A stretch of 64,000 bases of DNA, from positions 30,256,001 through 30,320,000 of the forward strand of contig OZ024761.1 in assembly GCA_964016885.1 (NCBI GenBank), in the 5' to 3' direction. This DNA is from Eledone cirrhosa. Taxonomy: Eukaryota. A model generated the notes under the pieces. That model saw only the letters and a list, made by a program, of their open reading frames with translations. It made no database searches and was not told where the DNA came from. Positions within the stretch are counted from its first letter, which is position 1. Each line of letters opens with the position of its first letter. Of the stretch, positions 41,338-56,592 are shown piece by piece. The translations under genes and the position numbers were made by a program.

Positions 41338-41425
41338 GCATATTACAATTGTTTCTATATCGATCAGCTCGGGTTTGATCAGGCGATCGAATCCCTACTC
41401 TTAATCGACCCTTCTTCAGATATGC
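41338..41425 (-). ncRNA. Hammerhead candidate with extended stem II
   Basis: GCATAT-CTGAAGA-..GTCGAT...ATCGAT..-GAAAC-AATT-GTA-ATATGC; base of stem II imperfect; degenerate homolog at about 23130-23218. Confidence 0.6.
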
Positions 41426-41474
41426 GAGTTTACATGGTCGTCGCCGCCAATAACCACAAGTTACTCACATAACT

Positions 41475-41517
<43 letters not shown>

Positions 41518-41596
41518 GGTAAACAGAAATAACAACACAATCGGTACAGTATATGGAAGGAATATATTATGTTACCCTCTTCTTGCTATTCAAGCG

Positions 41597-41632
41597 TATT
41601 AACGTTTCGGACGCTAGTCCTTCATCAGAAGA
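41597..41632 (-). ncRNA. Minimal hammerhead core, weak stem I
   Basis: CTGATGA-a-GGAC tagc GTCC-GAAAC-GTT; only 2 bp of stem I. Confidence 0.5.
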
Positions 41633-42044
41633 AAGAATGAGAAATAAGATAGATTGAAGGGACGGGTGGGTTGGAATATATATATATATATATATATATA
41701 TAGGAACTATATTACTATTTACCTATTACCCACTCTACTACCCTAAGTATTGAGTACTTTGGTGCGTTATGGTCCACCTGGTTCCTTACCACATTTTCTT
41801 CGTTATATATATATTCCAGAGAGAGGGAGATAGAGATAGATAATCCATGGAGTAATTACAATTAGATAAAGAATTACACTCTTACACTGTTCACTTGTAC
41901 AGTGAACGGTGTCTTCGTGTACCTCTTTTTCCTACATCTACCTACGGACACGTCTGTATTGCTAACCTATTGCAATAGATAGTGTTGCTAACATCTTGTG
42001 AAAGTGTAACGAATTGTGCTTACTAAAATGTTGCAATATATTAT

Positions 42045-42229
42045 TATTTCTACTTTTGGCACAAGGCCAGCAATTATCCCAGTGCATTACTGGTACTTTA
42101 TTCTATCGACCCCGTAAGGATGAAAGGCAAAGTTAACCTCGGCGAGATTTGAACTCAGATCATAAAGGGCTGTAACTCTATGCTGCGAAGCATAGCGTCC
42201 ACCCTCTACCGATACTGCCAATCCACCGC
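42045..42229 (-). mobile_element. tRNA-SINE with target-site duplication
   Basis: Full-length; TGTTGCAATATATTAT on both sides. Confidence 0.88.
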
Positions 42230-42279
42230 GCACTGTTGCAATATATTATGATGTTAAATTCTTATAATAAACAGCTTTG

Positions 42280-43152
42280 CCAACATGTTACCACAGACTG
42301 TGTTGCTAATATGTTGCGACAATTGGCGTTCCTCTTAACATGGGGCATCAGACTGTGTTGCTAGCAAATTGCAGTAGAAAGTGTTGTTTATAACATGTTG
42401 CGACTTACACCGTGTGCTCACGCCGTATGTTGCGACTTACTCTGTTGCTTGCATTTCATTAACGCGGTTGCTACAGGCAGCGTTGCTAATATGTTGCGAC
42501 TTACTCTCTGTTACTAGTGTGTGGCTAACATGTTGCAAACGTGTTACTGCCTACATGTTGCTACAGAACGTGTTGCTGCCTACATGTTGCTACAGACCGT
42601 GTTGTTGCTAACATGTTGCTACAGACCGTGTTGCTGCTAACATGTTGCTATAGACCGTGTTGCTGCTAACATGTTGCTACAGACCGTGTTGTTGCTAACA
42701 TGTTGCTACAGACCGTGTTGCTGCTAACATGTTGCCATAGACCGTGTTGCTGCTAACATGTTGCTACAGACCGTGTTGCTGCTAACATGTTGCTACAGAC
42801 CGTGTTGCTGCTAACATGTTGCTACAGACCGTGTTGTTGCTAACATGTTGCTATAGACCGTGTTGCTGCTAACATGTTGCTATAGACCGTGTTGCTGCTA
42901 TCATGTTGTCAACGTGTTGTTGGTAATGTGTTGCTGCTAACATGTTGCTACAGAAGGTGTTGTTGCTAACGTGTTGCTGCTAACATGTTGCTACAGAACG
43001 AGTTGCTGCTAACATGTTGCGATCGACTGTGCTGCTAACATGTTGCGATCGACTGTGTTGCTAACATGTTGCGATCGACTGTGTTACTAACATGTTGCGA
43101 TCGACTGTGTTGCTAACATGTTGCGATTGACTTTGGCGCTAACATGTTGCGA
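42280..43152. repeat. 29-bp minisatellite with palindromic AACATGTT core
   Basis: AACATGTTGCTACAGACCGTGTTGCTGCT is homogeneous over about 42570-42900 and degenerate at the edges. Confidence 0.9.
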
Positions 43153-43215
43153 TCATAGAGGAAGTTGTGAAAGTCAAAGATTGGAGAGTGGGGAAAAACA
43201 ATTCCAGAGAGAGGG

Positions 43216-43262
<47 letters not shown>

Positions 43263-43458
43263 CATACATAGAGAGAGAGAGAGAGACCTGTGATATATTA
43301 GGTGTAGTCTCAGTAGATTCTACATCGTCTGCAGTGTTAGGTACACTTCAATTAACACTGTAGTGGTGACCTGAACTAGGTTATGTTCACAGAATTGAGC
43401 AGATTTAGTGCAGTGTTTATACTTCCGTATAATATTACGACACCCACACCGGAAGACC

Positions 43459-43531
<73 letters not shown>

Positions 43532-43618
43532 AATTACATTTGTACCAAATGATATATCAAAATGTTAAATAAGAAAGAAAAGATGTTGTTCATAGCTATA
43601 TCATATATACACATCTAT

Positions 43619-43676
<58 letters not shown>

Positions 43677-44049
43677 GTTTGTGTGTGAAAGAGATAGTGA
43701 GTGTGTGTATATATATATATATATATACATATGTATGTATGTATGAAGGTATATATATATGTATGTATGAATGTATATATATATGTATGTATAAATATAT
43801 GTATGTATGAATGTATGTATGAATGTATATATATATGTATGTATAAATATATGTATGTATGAATGTATGTATGAATGTATATATATATGTATGTATAAAT
43901 ATATGTATGTATGAATGTATATATATATGTATGTATAGATATATATATATATGTATGTATAGATATATATATATATGTATGTATAGATATATGTATGTAT
44001 GAATGTATATATATATATATATGAATGTATATATATATATATATGAATG

Positions 44050-44084
<35 letters not shown>

Positions 44085-44136
44085 ATATATATATGTATGT
44101 ATATATATATATGTATGTATATATATATATGTATGT

Positions 44137-44170
<34 letters not shown>

Positions 44171-44256
44171 GAATGTATGTATATATATGTATGTATGTAT
44201 GTATATGTATGTATGTATGTATGTATATATATATGTATGTATGAATGTATATATAT

Positions 44257-44290
<34 letters not shown>

Positions 44291-44552
44291 GTATGAATGT
44301 ATATATATATATATATATATATGTGTGTGGGTGTGTAAGATACGAAGGGGGATCAAAACCGCCTCTCCCTAACACAAAACTCATGACCCTGGCGGCGGCA
44401 CTGCTGGTGGTGATGGTGGTGGTGGTCGCGGCGGTGGCGGTGGTGGAAGGTAGCAGTGTGTGTGTGACTGAGTTTATGTGTGCGTGTGAATGAGGTTCTG
44501 GGTGTTTGTGTATGTGTAACTGTGTGTGTGTGTGTCTGTAACTGCTTTTCTA

Positions 44553-45020
44553 TATGAGTGTGTGTGTAACTCTGTGTGTATGTATAAGTGCCTGTGTGTA
44601 AATGTGCGTGTATGTGTGTATGAGTGTGTATGTAACTCTGTGTGTATGTATAAGTGCCTGTGTGTAAATGTGCGTGTATGTGTGTATGAGTGTGTATGTA
44701 ACTCTGTGTGTATGTATAAGTGCCTGTGTGTAAATGTGCGTGTGTGTTTGTATGAGTGTGTATGTAACTCTGTGTGTGTGTATGTATAAGTGCCTGTGTG
44801 TAAATGTGCGTGTGTGTGTATGAGTGTGTGTGTAACTCTGTGTGTATGTATAAGTGCCTGTGTGTAAATGTGCGTGTATGTGTGTATGAGTGTGTATGTA
44901 ACTCTGTGTGTATGTATAAGTGCCTGTGTGTAAATGTGCGTGTATGTGTGTATGAGTGTGTATGTAACTCTGTGTGTATGTATAAGTGCCTGTGTGTAAA
45001 TGTGCGTGTGTGTTTGTATG
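44553..45020. repeat. 66-bp minisatellite, about 7 copies
   Basis: TATGAGTGTGTATGTAACTCTGTGTGTATGTATAAGTGCCTGTGTGTAAATGTGCGTG unit. Confidence 0.9.
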
Positions 45021-45230
45021 TGTGTGTACTTTATGCCCTCTTAAAACAAAGATCGACTTGACTTTTCTAATCTGCTAGATCGATAATATCAGAAACAGAG
45101 AAATCACTGGATTCGATGTTATCAATATAATCGATTCAAGACCCTAGATGGCAGCCCCAGCTTGGCCGCAGTCTAAGGAATAAAATAATAAATGAATATT
45201 CACACATGTAATCATGTGTGTGTTTTGTAC

Positions 45231-45276
<46 letters not shown>

Positions 45277-45277
<1 letters not shown>

Positions 45278-45460
45278 AAAAGAGTCAGGACCCCGACGGC
45301 TGAGCTCCGGCTGTTTCGAAAGCTAGATCCGAAGGCTGTCGAAACGGCCAGAGCTCAGCTGTCGGGTCCTGACTCTCTTCCTATTACCCACACTACTACC
45401 CTAAGTATCGAGTACTCTGGTGCCTTATGGTCCACTTGGTTCCTTACCACCCTTTCTTTG

Positions 45461-45495
<35 letters not shown>

Positions 45496-45606
45496 AACGA
45501 GTAGGACCCCGGGGTCCTACTCGTTCCTATTACCCACTCTACTATCCTAAGTATTGAGTACTTTGGTGCGTTATGGTCCACCTGGTTCCTTACCACATTT
45601 CCTTCG

Positions 45607-45610
<4 letters not shown>
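45277..45610 (+). mobile_element. Two adjacent family A foldback elements
   Basis: Arms 45277-45380 plus tail; perfect 40-bp palindrome 45491-45530 plus tail; separated by (TA)n. Confidence 0.78.
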
Positions 45611-45644
<34 letters not shown>

Positions 45645-45648
<4 letters not shown>

Positions 45649-45843
45649 TTAATATAGATGAGATTCTACAGGACTAGAACTGTTTCATTCATTTGAAATC
45701 ATCAGGAATCGATTCCTGATGATTTCAAATGAATGAAACAGTTCTAGTCCTGTAGAATCTCATCTATATTAAAACTGTTATACTCTGCTATGTATTGAGT
45801 ACCTTACTTACTGTGGTTACCTCCGATTCAACCCGGAATAACG
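45645..45843 (+). mobile_element. Perfect 132-bp loopless palindrome plus tail, with HHR core boxes
   Basis: Centre GAATC|GATTC at 45710/45711; CTGATGA 45716-45722; GAAAC...GTC; stem I not formed. Confidence 0.78.
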
Positions 45844-46764
45844 TATATATATATATATATATATATATATCGTATTCTACATGGTTGTGGTGGGGCTGAT
45901 AACGTTGTTAGAACTCAATGAGTCCTTGGAAAGATGGTTGCAGAGAAATTAGACGATATGACCAGTAGTTTGTGTAATAGGTGACCACCACTTAAGATTT
46001 CCTCGAAGAAGATCTGCCTAAGCTACAAAGTCATTTACATATATGTGTTTGTGTGTAGGACAATGAAAAAAAACATAAGTCAGAGGTATGAAGTTATTTA
46101 GTTCAACACTTTACGATCGTTTCAGACGGTCGATTGATCGCGGAAGATCGATGTATCGACGAGCATGGTAGTGGTTAGGTTATTCTTCGATCAACCGTCT
46201 TGTCTGTTAAGGATAAATATATATCAAATATATAAGAACCCTAGAGCAAATATATATATATATATATATATATTTAATTAATTAGAAAGTGAACTCATAT
46301 ATTTGTGTATATATATGTGTGCGTGTATATATATGTGTGTGTGTGTGTGTGTATATATATATTTGCACACACACACAATGTATAAACATAACAAAATAAA
46401 TGTGCAAATATATATACACATACATATATATACACATATATGTGTGTATATATATACGCACACACATTTCTTTGTGTGTGTGTATATATATGTATACATA
46501 TATGTATATATACATATCTGTATATATATATATATATATATACATATATGTATAAATATATATATACATATATATATATGTGTATATATATGTATATATA
46601 TATGTATATATATTTGTATATATATTTGTATATATATATATGTATATATATTTGTATATACATATATATGTATATATATTTGTATATATATATATGTATA
46701 TATATTTGTATATACATATATGTATATATATTTGTACATATATGTATATATATATATACATATA

Positions 46765-46804
<40 letters not shown>

Positions 46805-46889
46805 AAGCGTACTTCCTTTCTACTCAGACTATAATGAAACATTATATTTTTAATGTTAACAACAAGCACGCGTTCTGTCCGCCTCCACT

Positions 46890-46921
<32 letters not shown>

Positions 46922-47105
46922 ATGTGTGCGCGTGTTTGTTTGTGTGTGTGCATACACTTATTCACATACATACATATATATATACACCTATATCATATAT
47001 ATGTAAATATACATATAGGAAAATGTTCCAGACCCCGGCGTCAGAGCTCAAGCCGTCTCGACGGCTATTTATATATATATATATATATATATGCACACAT
47101 ACACC

Positions 47106-47165
<60 letters not shown>

Positions 47166-47213
47166 TACATACACCTATGTATATATATATATATATATAT
47201 GCATACATACACC

Positions 47214-47244
<31 letters not shown>

Positions 47245-47267
47245 GCATACATACACCTATGTATATA

Positions 47268-47298
<31 letters not shown>

Positions 47299-47397
47299 GC
47301 ATACATACACCTATGTATATATATATATATGTATATATATGCATACATACATACACCTATGTATATATATATATATATATGCATGCATACATACACC

Positions 47398-47449
<52 letters not shown>

Positions 47450-47728
47450 TACATACACCTATGTATGTAAACATAGGCGTATGTATGTCAGTGCCTATGA
47501 TATTTTGGCTTAATGGTTCAGGATTGGTGGGGGTACGTCGCCCCTGGGGTAAGTCGCCCCTTGGTCATCCACCCCCCACCCTTATTGGGGAATTTATTTT
47601 ATGTTTATAAATAGTTTATATTATATTTTCATTGTTAAATTGGTTTTGTTATTGTAAACCCCCCACTGCCGGTGTCTTTGTATTGTCCCCTATATGCCGG
47701 CCCTTGTGGCCAATAAAGGAAATCATTA

Positions 47729-48085
47729 AGGGTCGGACACCATACTTTGCAGCATAGTTACGGCCCTTTATGATCTGAGTTCAAATTCCGCCGAGGTTAG
47801 CTTTTCCTTTCATCGTTATGTGTGTCGATAAAATAAAGTACCAGTCAAATACTGGTGTCTATTTGACACCCCCCCCCCCCCCCAATATTGGTGGCCTTGT
47901 GTCTAAATTAGAAATCAATATTATTAATAGGCGGTGGATTGGCAGAATTGGTAGAGCCTCGGACAGACAACATGCTTTGCGGCATAGAGTTCTTTACGTT
48001 CTGAGTTCTGATCCCGTCGAGGGTAGCTTTGCCTTTCCTCCTTCCTGGGTCGATAGAATAAAGTACCAGTAATGCACTGGGATTG
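47729..48085 (+). mobile_element. Two tandem tRNA-SINEs
   Basis: Two successive cores; a further full copy lies at 49462-49692. Confidence 0.82.
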
Positions 48086-48179
48086 ATTTATTGTGGGCTT
48101 TTGTCAAACAACTGCTATCACATGCAGGACAGATCTGGCTCTCAGATGGATATATAGTGAAGATTGGACACCCTCTTTT

Positions 48180-48720
48180 CGAGGACTTTCATGTCGCAGA
48201 TTATGGATAGTTTTCCAAAAATTCCTTGGCATGGCTGACCTACTGTGAGACATTATCAGTTCGAGACAAGCTCTACAGCCACAAAAGTGCCAACAGGCTA
48301 ACCTGTCAGAGACGTAAGCAGGGTGATAAAACTGCTCAGCCTGCTATCACCCAGTGTCCATGCATTACAGAGTTGTGGGTTTGTGTCAAACAATTGCTAA
48401 AGGATAGGAGACGGGTCTGTAATGAAAACTGACCACCAGACGTAACAAATCTTCCTTCGCTTCGTAGCTATGGCGAAGGAAGCTGTATGGTGGACGCGTA
48501 AAAAAAAAAAAAAGGTTCGAGGACAGGAACTTTCCTCTCTGGCCAAGCCCTCATCATCAACTTCTTCAAGTTCCACTTGAAGAGGAAGGTGAGGATATGG
48601 AAGGAAGTGCTGCCTTCTAGTGTGTTTTATGAAAGATGGGTGATAGCAGCGATATTGACGAGGCTGTACGCGCCTAAGCTGACTATGTTTTGTTTTTTTC
48701 TAAGCAGGAGAAAGGAAACT
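48180..48720 (+). mobile_element. Degenerate L1/Tx1-like LINE C-terminal (zf-RVT-like) fragment
   Basis: TLSVRDKLYSH..TCQR..AITQCPCITELW; RKVRIWKEVL..FYERW. Confidence 0.5.
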
Positions 48721-49809
48721 GAGAAGCACTCTTTCAATGCCCCTAAAGCAAGGTTGTGCAACATATTCCATTGGCGAGCTACTTTTAAACATTGGAACAA
48801 CTATTAGGGCCATTAATTTATTAAGCACTGTTCCAAAGATTCACCACAACTTCTTTCCCTTACATGGAACTGGGAAATTATAACACACATAACCCTATCA
48901 GTGAAGCCCTTTAGTATAGGTCAACTGGGAAATTATAACGCACATAACCCTATCAGTGAAGCCCTTTAGTATAGGTCAACTAACAGAAAATTGTATTACG
49001 GTCACGAAAAAAATTCTAAATAAGCCTAGAAAGTAAAAATTAAAAACGGGGTCATCGTGGGTCACACTGACTGGTCTGGAGGGCCGGATTGTGGCCCGTG
49101 GGCTGCCTGTTGCACGCCCCAGCCCAAAAGCAACAAAGTTATCTAGAAATTTGTGTGAGGTTTCTCTGAATGACCCTGAAATGTAGCCCCACTTCTATTA
49201 GAGAACTGTTTCTAGTTGACATTCATTTTAAGTTCTATTGTTATCATGACTATTTATTAAAATTACTGTTGTTGTTATTCCTGAGTTTTCTCTTCAGTGA
49301 CGTCCCCTTTCCTTTACTTGATGTAACACCCCACCTCCACTCCCACCCGCCGCCGACGGCGACACACTCTGCTTTGTGTTTGTCCTTGTAATGTCCCTAA
49401 CGCCCTGAGCCCTTGCAGCCAGTAAAAGAAATTATTGTTATTATTATTTATGTTATAAGGAGGGTGGTGGATTGGCAGTAATCGGTAGAGCGTCGGACAC
49501 CATGCTTTGCAGCATAGAGTTACGGCCCTTTATGATCTGAGCTCAAATCCCGCCGCGGTTAACTTTGCCTTTCATCCTTACGGGGTCGATAAAATAAAGT
49601 ACCAGTCACGCACTGGGGTCGATTTAATCGACTCCCCCCCCCCCCAAAAAAAAAGAATTACTGGCCTTGTGCCTATATAAGAAACCATTATTATTATCTA
49701 CGTCATAAGGGGCTTCAGTGTGTAAGGTGGTTGGGGGTGGTGATGTAGAAAGGGCGGAGGAGGCGCAGCGTTAACTCCGTCTGTTTTCATGTATCTATGT
49801 GAACACATG

Positions 49810-49871
49810 CATAGATGTGCGCGTGTGTGTGTGTGTGTTTAAATGTATTCATTCATGTGTATGTGTTTATG

Positions 49872-49905
<34 letters not shown>

Positions 49906-51079
49906 AATGTGTATCAGTACATGCGCGTGTGTGTGTGTATTTCCATGTTTACGTATGTGTTTATGTTTATGTATATATATATATATATATGTGCGTGTGT
50001 GCATATGTGTGTGTGTGAGTGTGTGTATTTCCATGTTTATGTATATGTGCGTGTGTGTGTGTGTGCATATGTGTGAATGTGTGTGTGAGTGTGTGTATTT
50101 CCATGTTTATGTATATGTTTATGTGTATATATATATATATGTGCGTGTGTGTGTGTATATATGTGAATGTGTGTGTGTTAGTGTGTGTATTTCCATGTTT
50201 ATGTATATATTTATGTATATATATATATATGTGCGTGTGTGTGTGTATATATGTGAATGTGTGTGTGTTAGTGTGTGTATTTCCATGTTTATGTATATGT
50301 TTATGTATATATATGTGCGTGTGTGTGTGTGTGCATATGTGTGAATGTGTGTGCGTTAGTGTCTGTATTTCCATGTATATGTATATATATGTGCGTGTGT
50401 GTGTGTGTGCATATGTGTGAATGTGTGTGCGTTAGTGTCTGTATTTCCATGTATATGTATATATATGTGCGTGCGTGTGTGTGTGCATATGTGTGAATGT
50501 GTGTGTGTTAGTGTGTGTATTTCCATGTTTATGTATATGTTTATGTATATGTATATATATGTGCGTGTGTGTGTGTGTGTGCATATGTGTGAATGTATGT
50601 TAGTGTGTGTATTTCCATGTTTATGTTTATGTATATATATATATATATATATATGCGTGTGTGTGCATATGTGTGAATGTGTGTGTTAGTGTGTGTATTT
50701 CCATGTTTATGTATATGTTTATGTATATATATATATATATATATATGCGTGTGTGTGCATATGTGTGAATGTGTGTGTGTTAGTGTGTGTATTTCCATGT
50801 TTATGTATATGTTTATGTATATATATGTGCGTGCGTGTGTGTGTGTGTGTGTGTGTGTGCATATGTGTGAATGTGTGTGTGTTAGTGTCTGTATTTCCAT
50901 GTATATGTATATATATGTGCGTGCGTGTGTGTGTGCATATGTGTGAATGTGTGTGTGTTAGTGTCTGTATTTCCATGTTTATGTATATGCTTATGTATAT
51001 ATATATATATGCGTGTGTGTGCATATGTGTGAATGTGTGTGTGTTAGTGTGTGTATTGCCATGCTTATGTATATGTTTT

Positions 51080-51114
<35 letters not shown>

Positions 51115-51145
51115 TTGTTTGTTTGTTTGCGTGTGTGTGTGAGTG
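49810..51145. repeat. Higher-order GT/AT compound repeat (about 70-bp period)
   Basis: GTATTTCCATGTTTATG and GCATATGTGTGAATG landmarks recur. Confidence 0.85.
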
Positions 51146-51496
51146 TTGCCGTGTTTATTAGTGGGTATAAATGTATGCATATAAATATACATATATATGT
51201 ATATGTATGTATTTTGTATAACAGCAATTTCAATAGTGGTGTTCCAGCATGGCCCCAGCCAGTCAGCTGCAACATGTTTACATGTAAACATGTAAACATG
51301 TAAAAGATTAAGCGCGGTGCAGCGATTTGAAAGTGAGAGTTGACAAGTGTGAGATGCATTTCATGTGTGTGTGTATATGTATGTATACGTATGTATGTGT
51401 ATATATATATATATATATATATACAATGATATACATGTCTGTGTGTGTGTATATATATATACGTATGTATGTATATACATTAATATTCAGGTGTGT

Positions 51497-51529
<33 letters not shown>

Positions 51530-51560
51530 GTATACGTATGTATGTATATATATATATACA

Positions 51561-51619
<59 letters not shown>

Positions 51620-51674
51620 TGCCAAGACTGGAATTGAACCATCAGCCCAGTTGAGGTATGTCAGACATCAATTT

Positions 51675-51746
51675 ATATATTTTATCTGATGAGGACGTAC
51701 TGCGGAAACACCAAAGTACCTCCGAAATATATATAATAAAATATAT
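51675..51746 (+). ncRNA. Type I minimal hammerhead ribozyme
   Basis: 11-bp stem I ATATATTTTAT/ATAAAATATAT; CTGATGA 51686-51692; stem II GGA.GTACT/AGTAC.TCC; GAAA-TATATA-TA; predicted cut after 51735. Confidence 0.8.
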
Positions 51747-51893
51747 TTGATTACATGAATGTCTATATTTAATAATATTTTAAATTAATATATATATATA
51801 TATATATACATTTATATATATATACATTTATATATATATATATATACATTTATATATATATATATATATATACATTTATATATATATATATAC

Positions 51894-51927
<34 letters not shown>

Positions 51928-52018
51928 TAATATATATATATATATATACATTAATATATATATATAAATACATTAATATATATATATGCATGTATATATA
52001 TATATGTGCATATATATG

Positions 52019-52051
<33 letters not shown>

Positions 52052-52159
52052 GCATATATATGTGCATATATATATGCATATATATATATTAATGTATATA
52101 TATATGCATATATATATGTATATATATATGCATATATATATGCATATATATATATGCAT

Positions 52160-52239
<80 letters not shown>

Positions 52240-52256
52240 TCGAGAGCTGTGCTTAC

Positions 52257-52455
52257 CTGTAATAATAACAGTTTTCCCGTCGAGCCGGTTTTCCGAAGGA
52301 CAGTCGGCACTCCATTGTATATATTTCCTGAGCAGGAAGAGAAATAGAAGGAAAGTGGCTAGAAATCCGGCCAGCACCACACCGGAAAAGAAGTCTTCAA
52401 CGATATCTTCGGCATCCACTGTCTCGGAATCTATACGTCCAGCTTTGGCCGACAT
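52257..52455 (-). CDS. RDH11-14-like short-chain dehydrogenase/reductase, coding exon 1
   Basis: MSAKAG...hydrophobic anchor [18 protein letters not shown]...[16 protein letters not shown]; phase-1 donor ACAG|GTAAGC at 52257/52256. Confidence 0.92.
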
Positions 52456-52539
52456 TGTTACGATAACGTTTCTTCCCCAAGCAAGCGATGGTGGAGACTA
52501 CTGAGACTAATGGACGGATGTATGTAAGTGGTTTGGATG

Positions 52540-52748
52540 AGAGGTAGAGAGAGAGTGTGTGTGTGTGTGTGTGATATATAGAGAGAGGTAGAGAGGTAGA
52601 GAGAGTGTGTGTGTGTGTGTGTATGTGATATATAGAGAGAGGTAGAGAGGTAGAGAGAGTGTGTGTGTGTGTATGTGTGATATATAGAGAGAGGTAGAGA
52701 GAGAGAGTGTGTGTGTATGTGATATATAGAGAGAGGTAGAGAGAGAGA

Positions 52749-52779
<31 letters not shown>

Positions 52780-53017
52780 ATATATAGAGAGAGGTAGAGA
52801 GAGTGTGTGTGTGTGTGTGTGTGATATAGAGAGAGGGAGAGAGGTAGAGAGTGTGTGTGTGTGTGTGTGATATATAGAGAGAGGGAGAGAGGTAGAAAGA
52901 GTGTGTGCGTGTGTGTGTGTGTGTGTTTTGTTTGTGTGTGAGTGTGTGATATACAGAGAGAGAGAGGTTGTGCATGCATGTGTGTGTGTGTATGTGATAT
53001 AGAGAGAGGTAGAGAGG

Positions 53018-53078
<61 letters not shown>

Positions 53079-53660
53079 TTTGTGTGTGAGTGTGTGATAT
53101 ACAGAGAGGTAGAGAGAGAGTGTGTGTGAGTGTGTGATATACAGAGAGGGAGAGAGAGGTTGTGTATGTATGTGTGTATGTATGTGTGTATGTATGTGAT
53201 ATAGAGAGAGGTAGAGAGAGAGAGAGAGGGGGTTGTGTATGTATGTGTGTGTATGTATGTGATATAGAGAGAGGTAGAGAGAGAGAGTGTGTGTGAGTGT
53301 GATATATATAGAGAGAGAGGGGTTGTGTATGTATGTATGTGTGTGTGTGTGTATGTGATATAGAGAGAGGTAGAGAGGTAGAGAGAGGGGTTGTGTATGT
53401 ATGTGTGTGTGTATGTATGTGATATAGAGAGAGGTAGAGAGAGTGTGTGTGTGTTTGTGTGTGAGTGTGTGATATACAGAGAGAGAGAGAGAGAAAGAGG
53501 GATTGTGTATGTATGTGTGGGTGTGTATGTATGTGATGTAGAGAGAGGTAGAGAGTGTGTGTGTGTGTGTGTGTTTGTGTGAGTGTGTGATATACACAGA
53601 GAGAGAGGGATTGTGTATGTGTGTGTATGTATGTATGTGATGTAGAGAGAGGTAGAGAGA
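52540..53660. repeat. Compound (GT)n/(GA)n repeat upstream of the start codon
   Basis: GTGATATAGAGAGAGGTAGAGA units. Confidence 0.85.
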
Positions 53661-53667
53661 GACACGT

Positions 53668-53715
<48 letters not shown>

Positions 53716-53953
53716 TGTATATTTTTGTAGGTATGTATGTATATCTGTATATATATGTATGTATGTATGTATATTTGTATATGTATATATATTTGTATAT
53801 ATATTTGTATATGTATATATATTTGAATATGTATCTATGTATATATATTATATATATATTTATTTATTTACATGTATATATTTGTATATATATATATATA
53901 TACATATACAAATATATATATATATATGTATATATTTGAATATATTTGTATAT

Positions 53954-53998
<45 letters not shown>

Positions 53999-54001
53999 TA
54001 C

Positions 54002-54079
<78 letters not shown>

Positions 54080-54469
54080 CAGAGCGATAAGTGAAAGTGG
54101 GAGGGAAGAGGGATAGATTAGATAGGCAGAGAGAGACAAGGGAGGGGGATAGATAGCGGAGGGATAGACAGTTATAGAGAATTATATAGTAAGATATAGC
54201 AACATATAGAGAGAGAGGGGGAGAGAGAGTGTGTGAGAGAGAGGGGAGAGAGGGGGAAATGATAGTCAGGTCAGGCAGGCAGAGTAGGTCTGGGGGTGGT
54301 GGGCGTTATTGGGGGGGGGGGATAAAATAGCAATGGTGGCTGTAATCTTATGATGATGATAATGATGAAGGGGAGGAGTAGGAAGAGGAAGATAATGTTG
54401 ATGATTGTGATGGTGGTGGCGGCGGCGGCGGTTAGGATGAAGTGATATTGAAGGTGATGACGATTGCGG

Positions 54470-55022
54470 TAATAATGATGCAGATGATGATGATGATGGT
54501 GGTGGTGATGGTGGTGGTGATGGTGGTGGTTGTTGTGGTGGTGGTGGTGATGATGGTCGTGGTGGTGGTGGTGGTGATGATGATGGCAGTGATGATGATG
54601 GTGGTGGTGCTGGTGATAATGGTAGTGATGATTGGTGGTGATTGTGATGATGGCAGTGATGATGATGATGGTGGTTATAATGGCGATATGATGATGATGA
54701 CGATGGTGGCGGTGGTGATGGTGATGATGGTGTTAATGGTGATTGTGATGATGATGATGATGATGATGGTGTTGATGGTGGTGGTGATGATGATGATGAT
54801 GGCGGTGGTGATGGTGATGATGGCGGTGGTGATGGTGATGGTGATGATGATGGCAGTGATGATGGTGATGATGGTGGTGATGGTGATGGTAATGATGATG
54901 GTGATGATGATGGCAGTGATGATGGTGATGATGGTGGTGATGGTGATGGTAATGATGATGGTGATGATGATGGCAGTGATGATGGTGATGATGGTGGTGA
55001 TGGTGATGGTAATGATGATGGT
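54470..55022. repeat. (ATG/GTG)n trinucleotide array with a 60-bp higher-order triplication
   Basis: 54841-55020 is three identical 60-mers. Confidence 0.85.
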
Positions 55023-55396
55023 GTCGATGCTGCCGTTGTACCTTTCTTCCCTGTTTAGAACGGAAGTGGCAGGCAGATAGACTGGGGTGTGGTGAGGGTG
55101 GCGGCGGTATAGGTAGCTTTGTGGGTGGGGCAGGTGAGGGTGTGGGGGAGGATGGAGAAGCGTGAGTGAGGGGAGGGGGTGCTGTTAAAGCAGAGGTAGT
55201 GGTGGTGGGGGGTGATGACCGTAGTAGTAGTAGTAGTAGCAGTGTTGGGGTGGTGGTGGTGGTGGTGGTGGAGGTGCTACGATCAGGATGATGGTGGTGG
55301 TGGTGTGAGGGGGCGGGTTGAAGATAGGCAAAGAGGCGTCCCTGACGAAACACAGACAAGCGAGAGAGACTGACAGACAGAGAGACAGGTTGATAA

Positions 55397-55433
<37 letters not shown>

Positions 55434-55533
55434 TTTATAGGGATTCTAATGTAGGGGCAGATGTATATATATATATATATAGTATATATATATATATATA
55501 TAGTATATATATATGTATATATATATATATATA

Positions 55534-55572
<39 letters not shown>

Positions 55573-55598
55573 GTAATAAGTTATTAACTCTACCTTTC

Positions 55599-55641
<43 letters not shown>

Positions 55642-55945
55642 CGTATATATACACACAATCATATATATATATATATACACAATCATATATATATACTCAC
55701 ACAATCATATATATATATATATACACTCAATCATGTATATACACTCAATCATATATATACACACAATCATATATATATATATATATATATACACAATCAT
55801 ATATATACACACAATCATATATATATATATACACACAATCATATATATACACACAATCATATATATATATATATATATACATATATAAATATGTATATAT
55901 ATATAATGTACACATACACACACAAATATATATATATATATAAAT

Positions 55946-55978
<33 letters not shown>

Positions 55979-56342
55979 CATACATACACATATATATATA
56001 AATATATATATGTATATATACATATATATATGTACACACATGCATACACATATATACAAACATACATATATATTTAGAGAGAGAGAGAGAGAGAAAGGAA
56101 GGGGTATTATGAGGTGTGGTGTGAGGAGGTCAGTCTAACGTCAGGTAAGTTTGTGTCAATATTTGCTAGACTGGCAGCTATAAACTTTACACATTGTTTA
56201 GATTTGTTCTTCTTCGTGTTGTTGTTATGGTGATGATGAGACTGCTAGTATATATATGTATATATATATATATGTATACCATATATACCACCTCCACCCC
56301 ATTTAGTGGCTTGAGTTCTGCCGTCGGGATCATACATTTTCC

Positions 56343-56373
<31 letters not shown>

Positions 56374-56459
56374 GAATATATCATATATATATTATATATA
56401 ATATCATATATATATGAATATATCATATATATATATATATATGAATATATTATATATAT

Positions 56460-56494
<35 letters not shown>

Positions 56495-56539
56495 TATGAA
56501 TATATCATATATATATATATATGAATATATTATATATAT

Positions 56540-56592
<53 letters not shown>

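Noticed and set aside
55030-55075. Possible upstream non-coding exon of the SDR gene (minus-strand AAG|GTACAA)
   Set aside because: Weak donor and no independent support without transcript data
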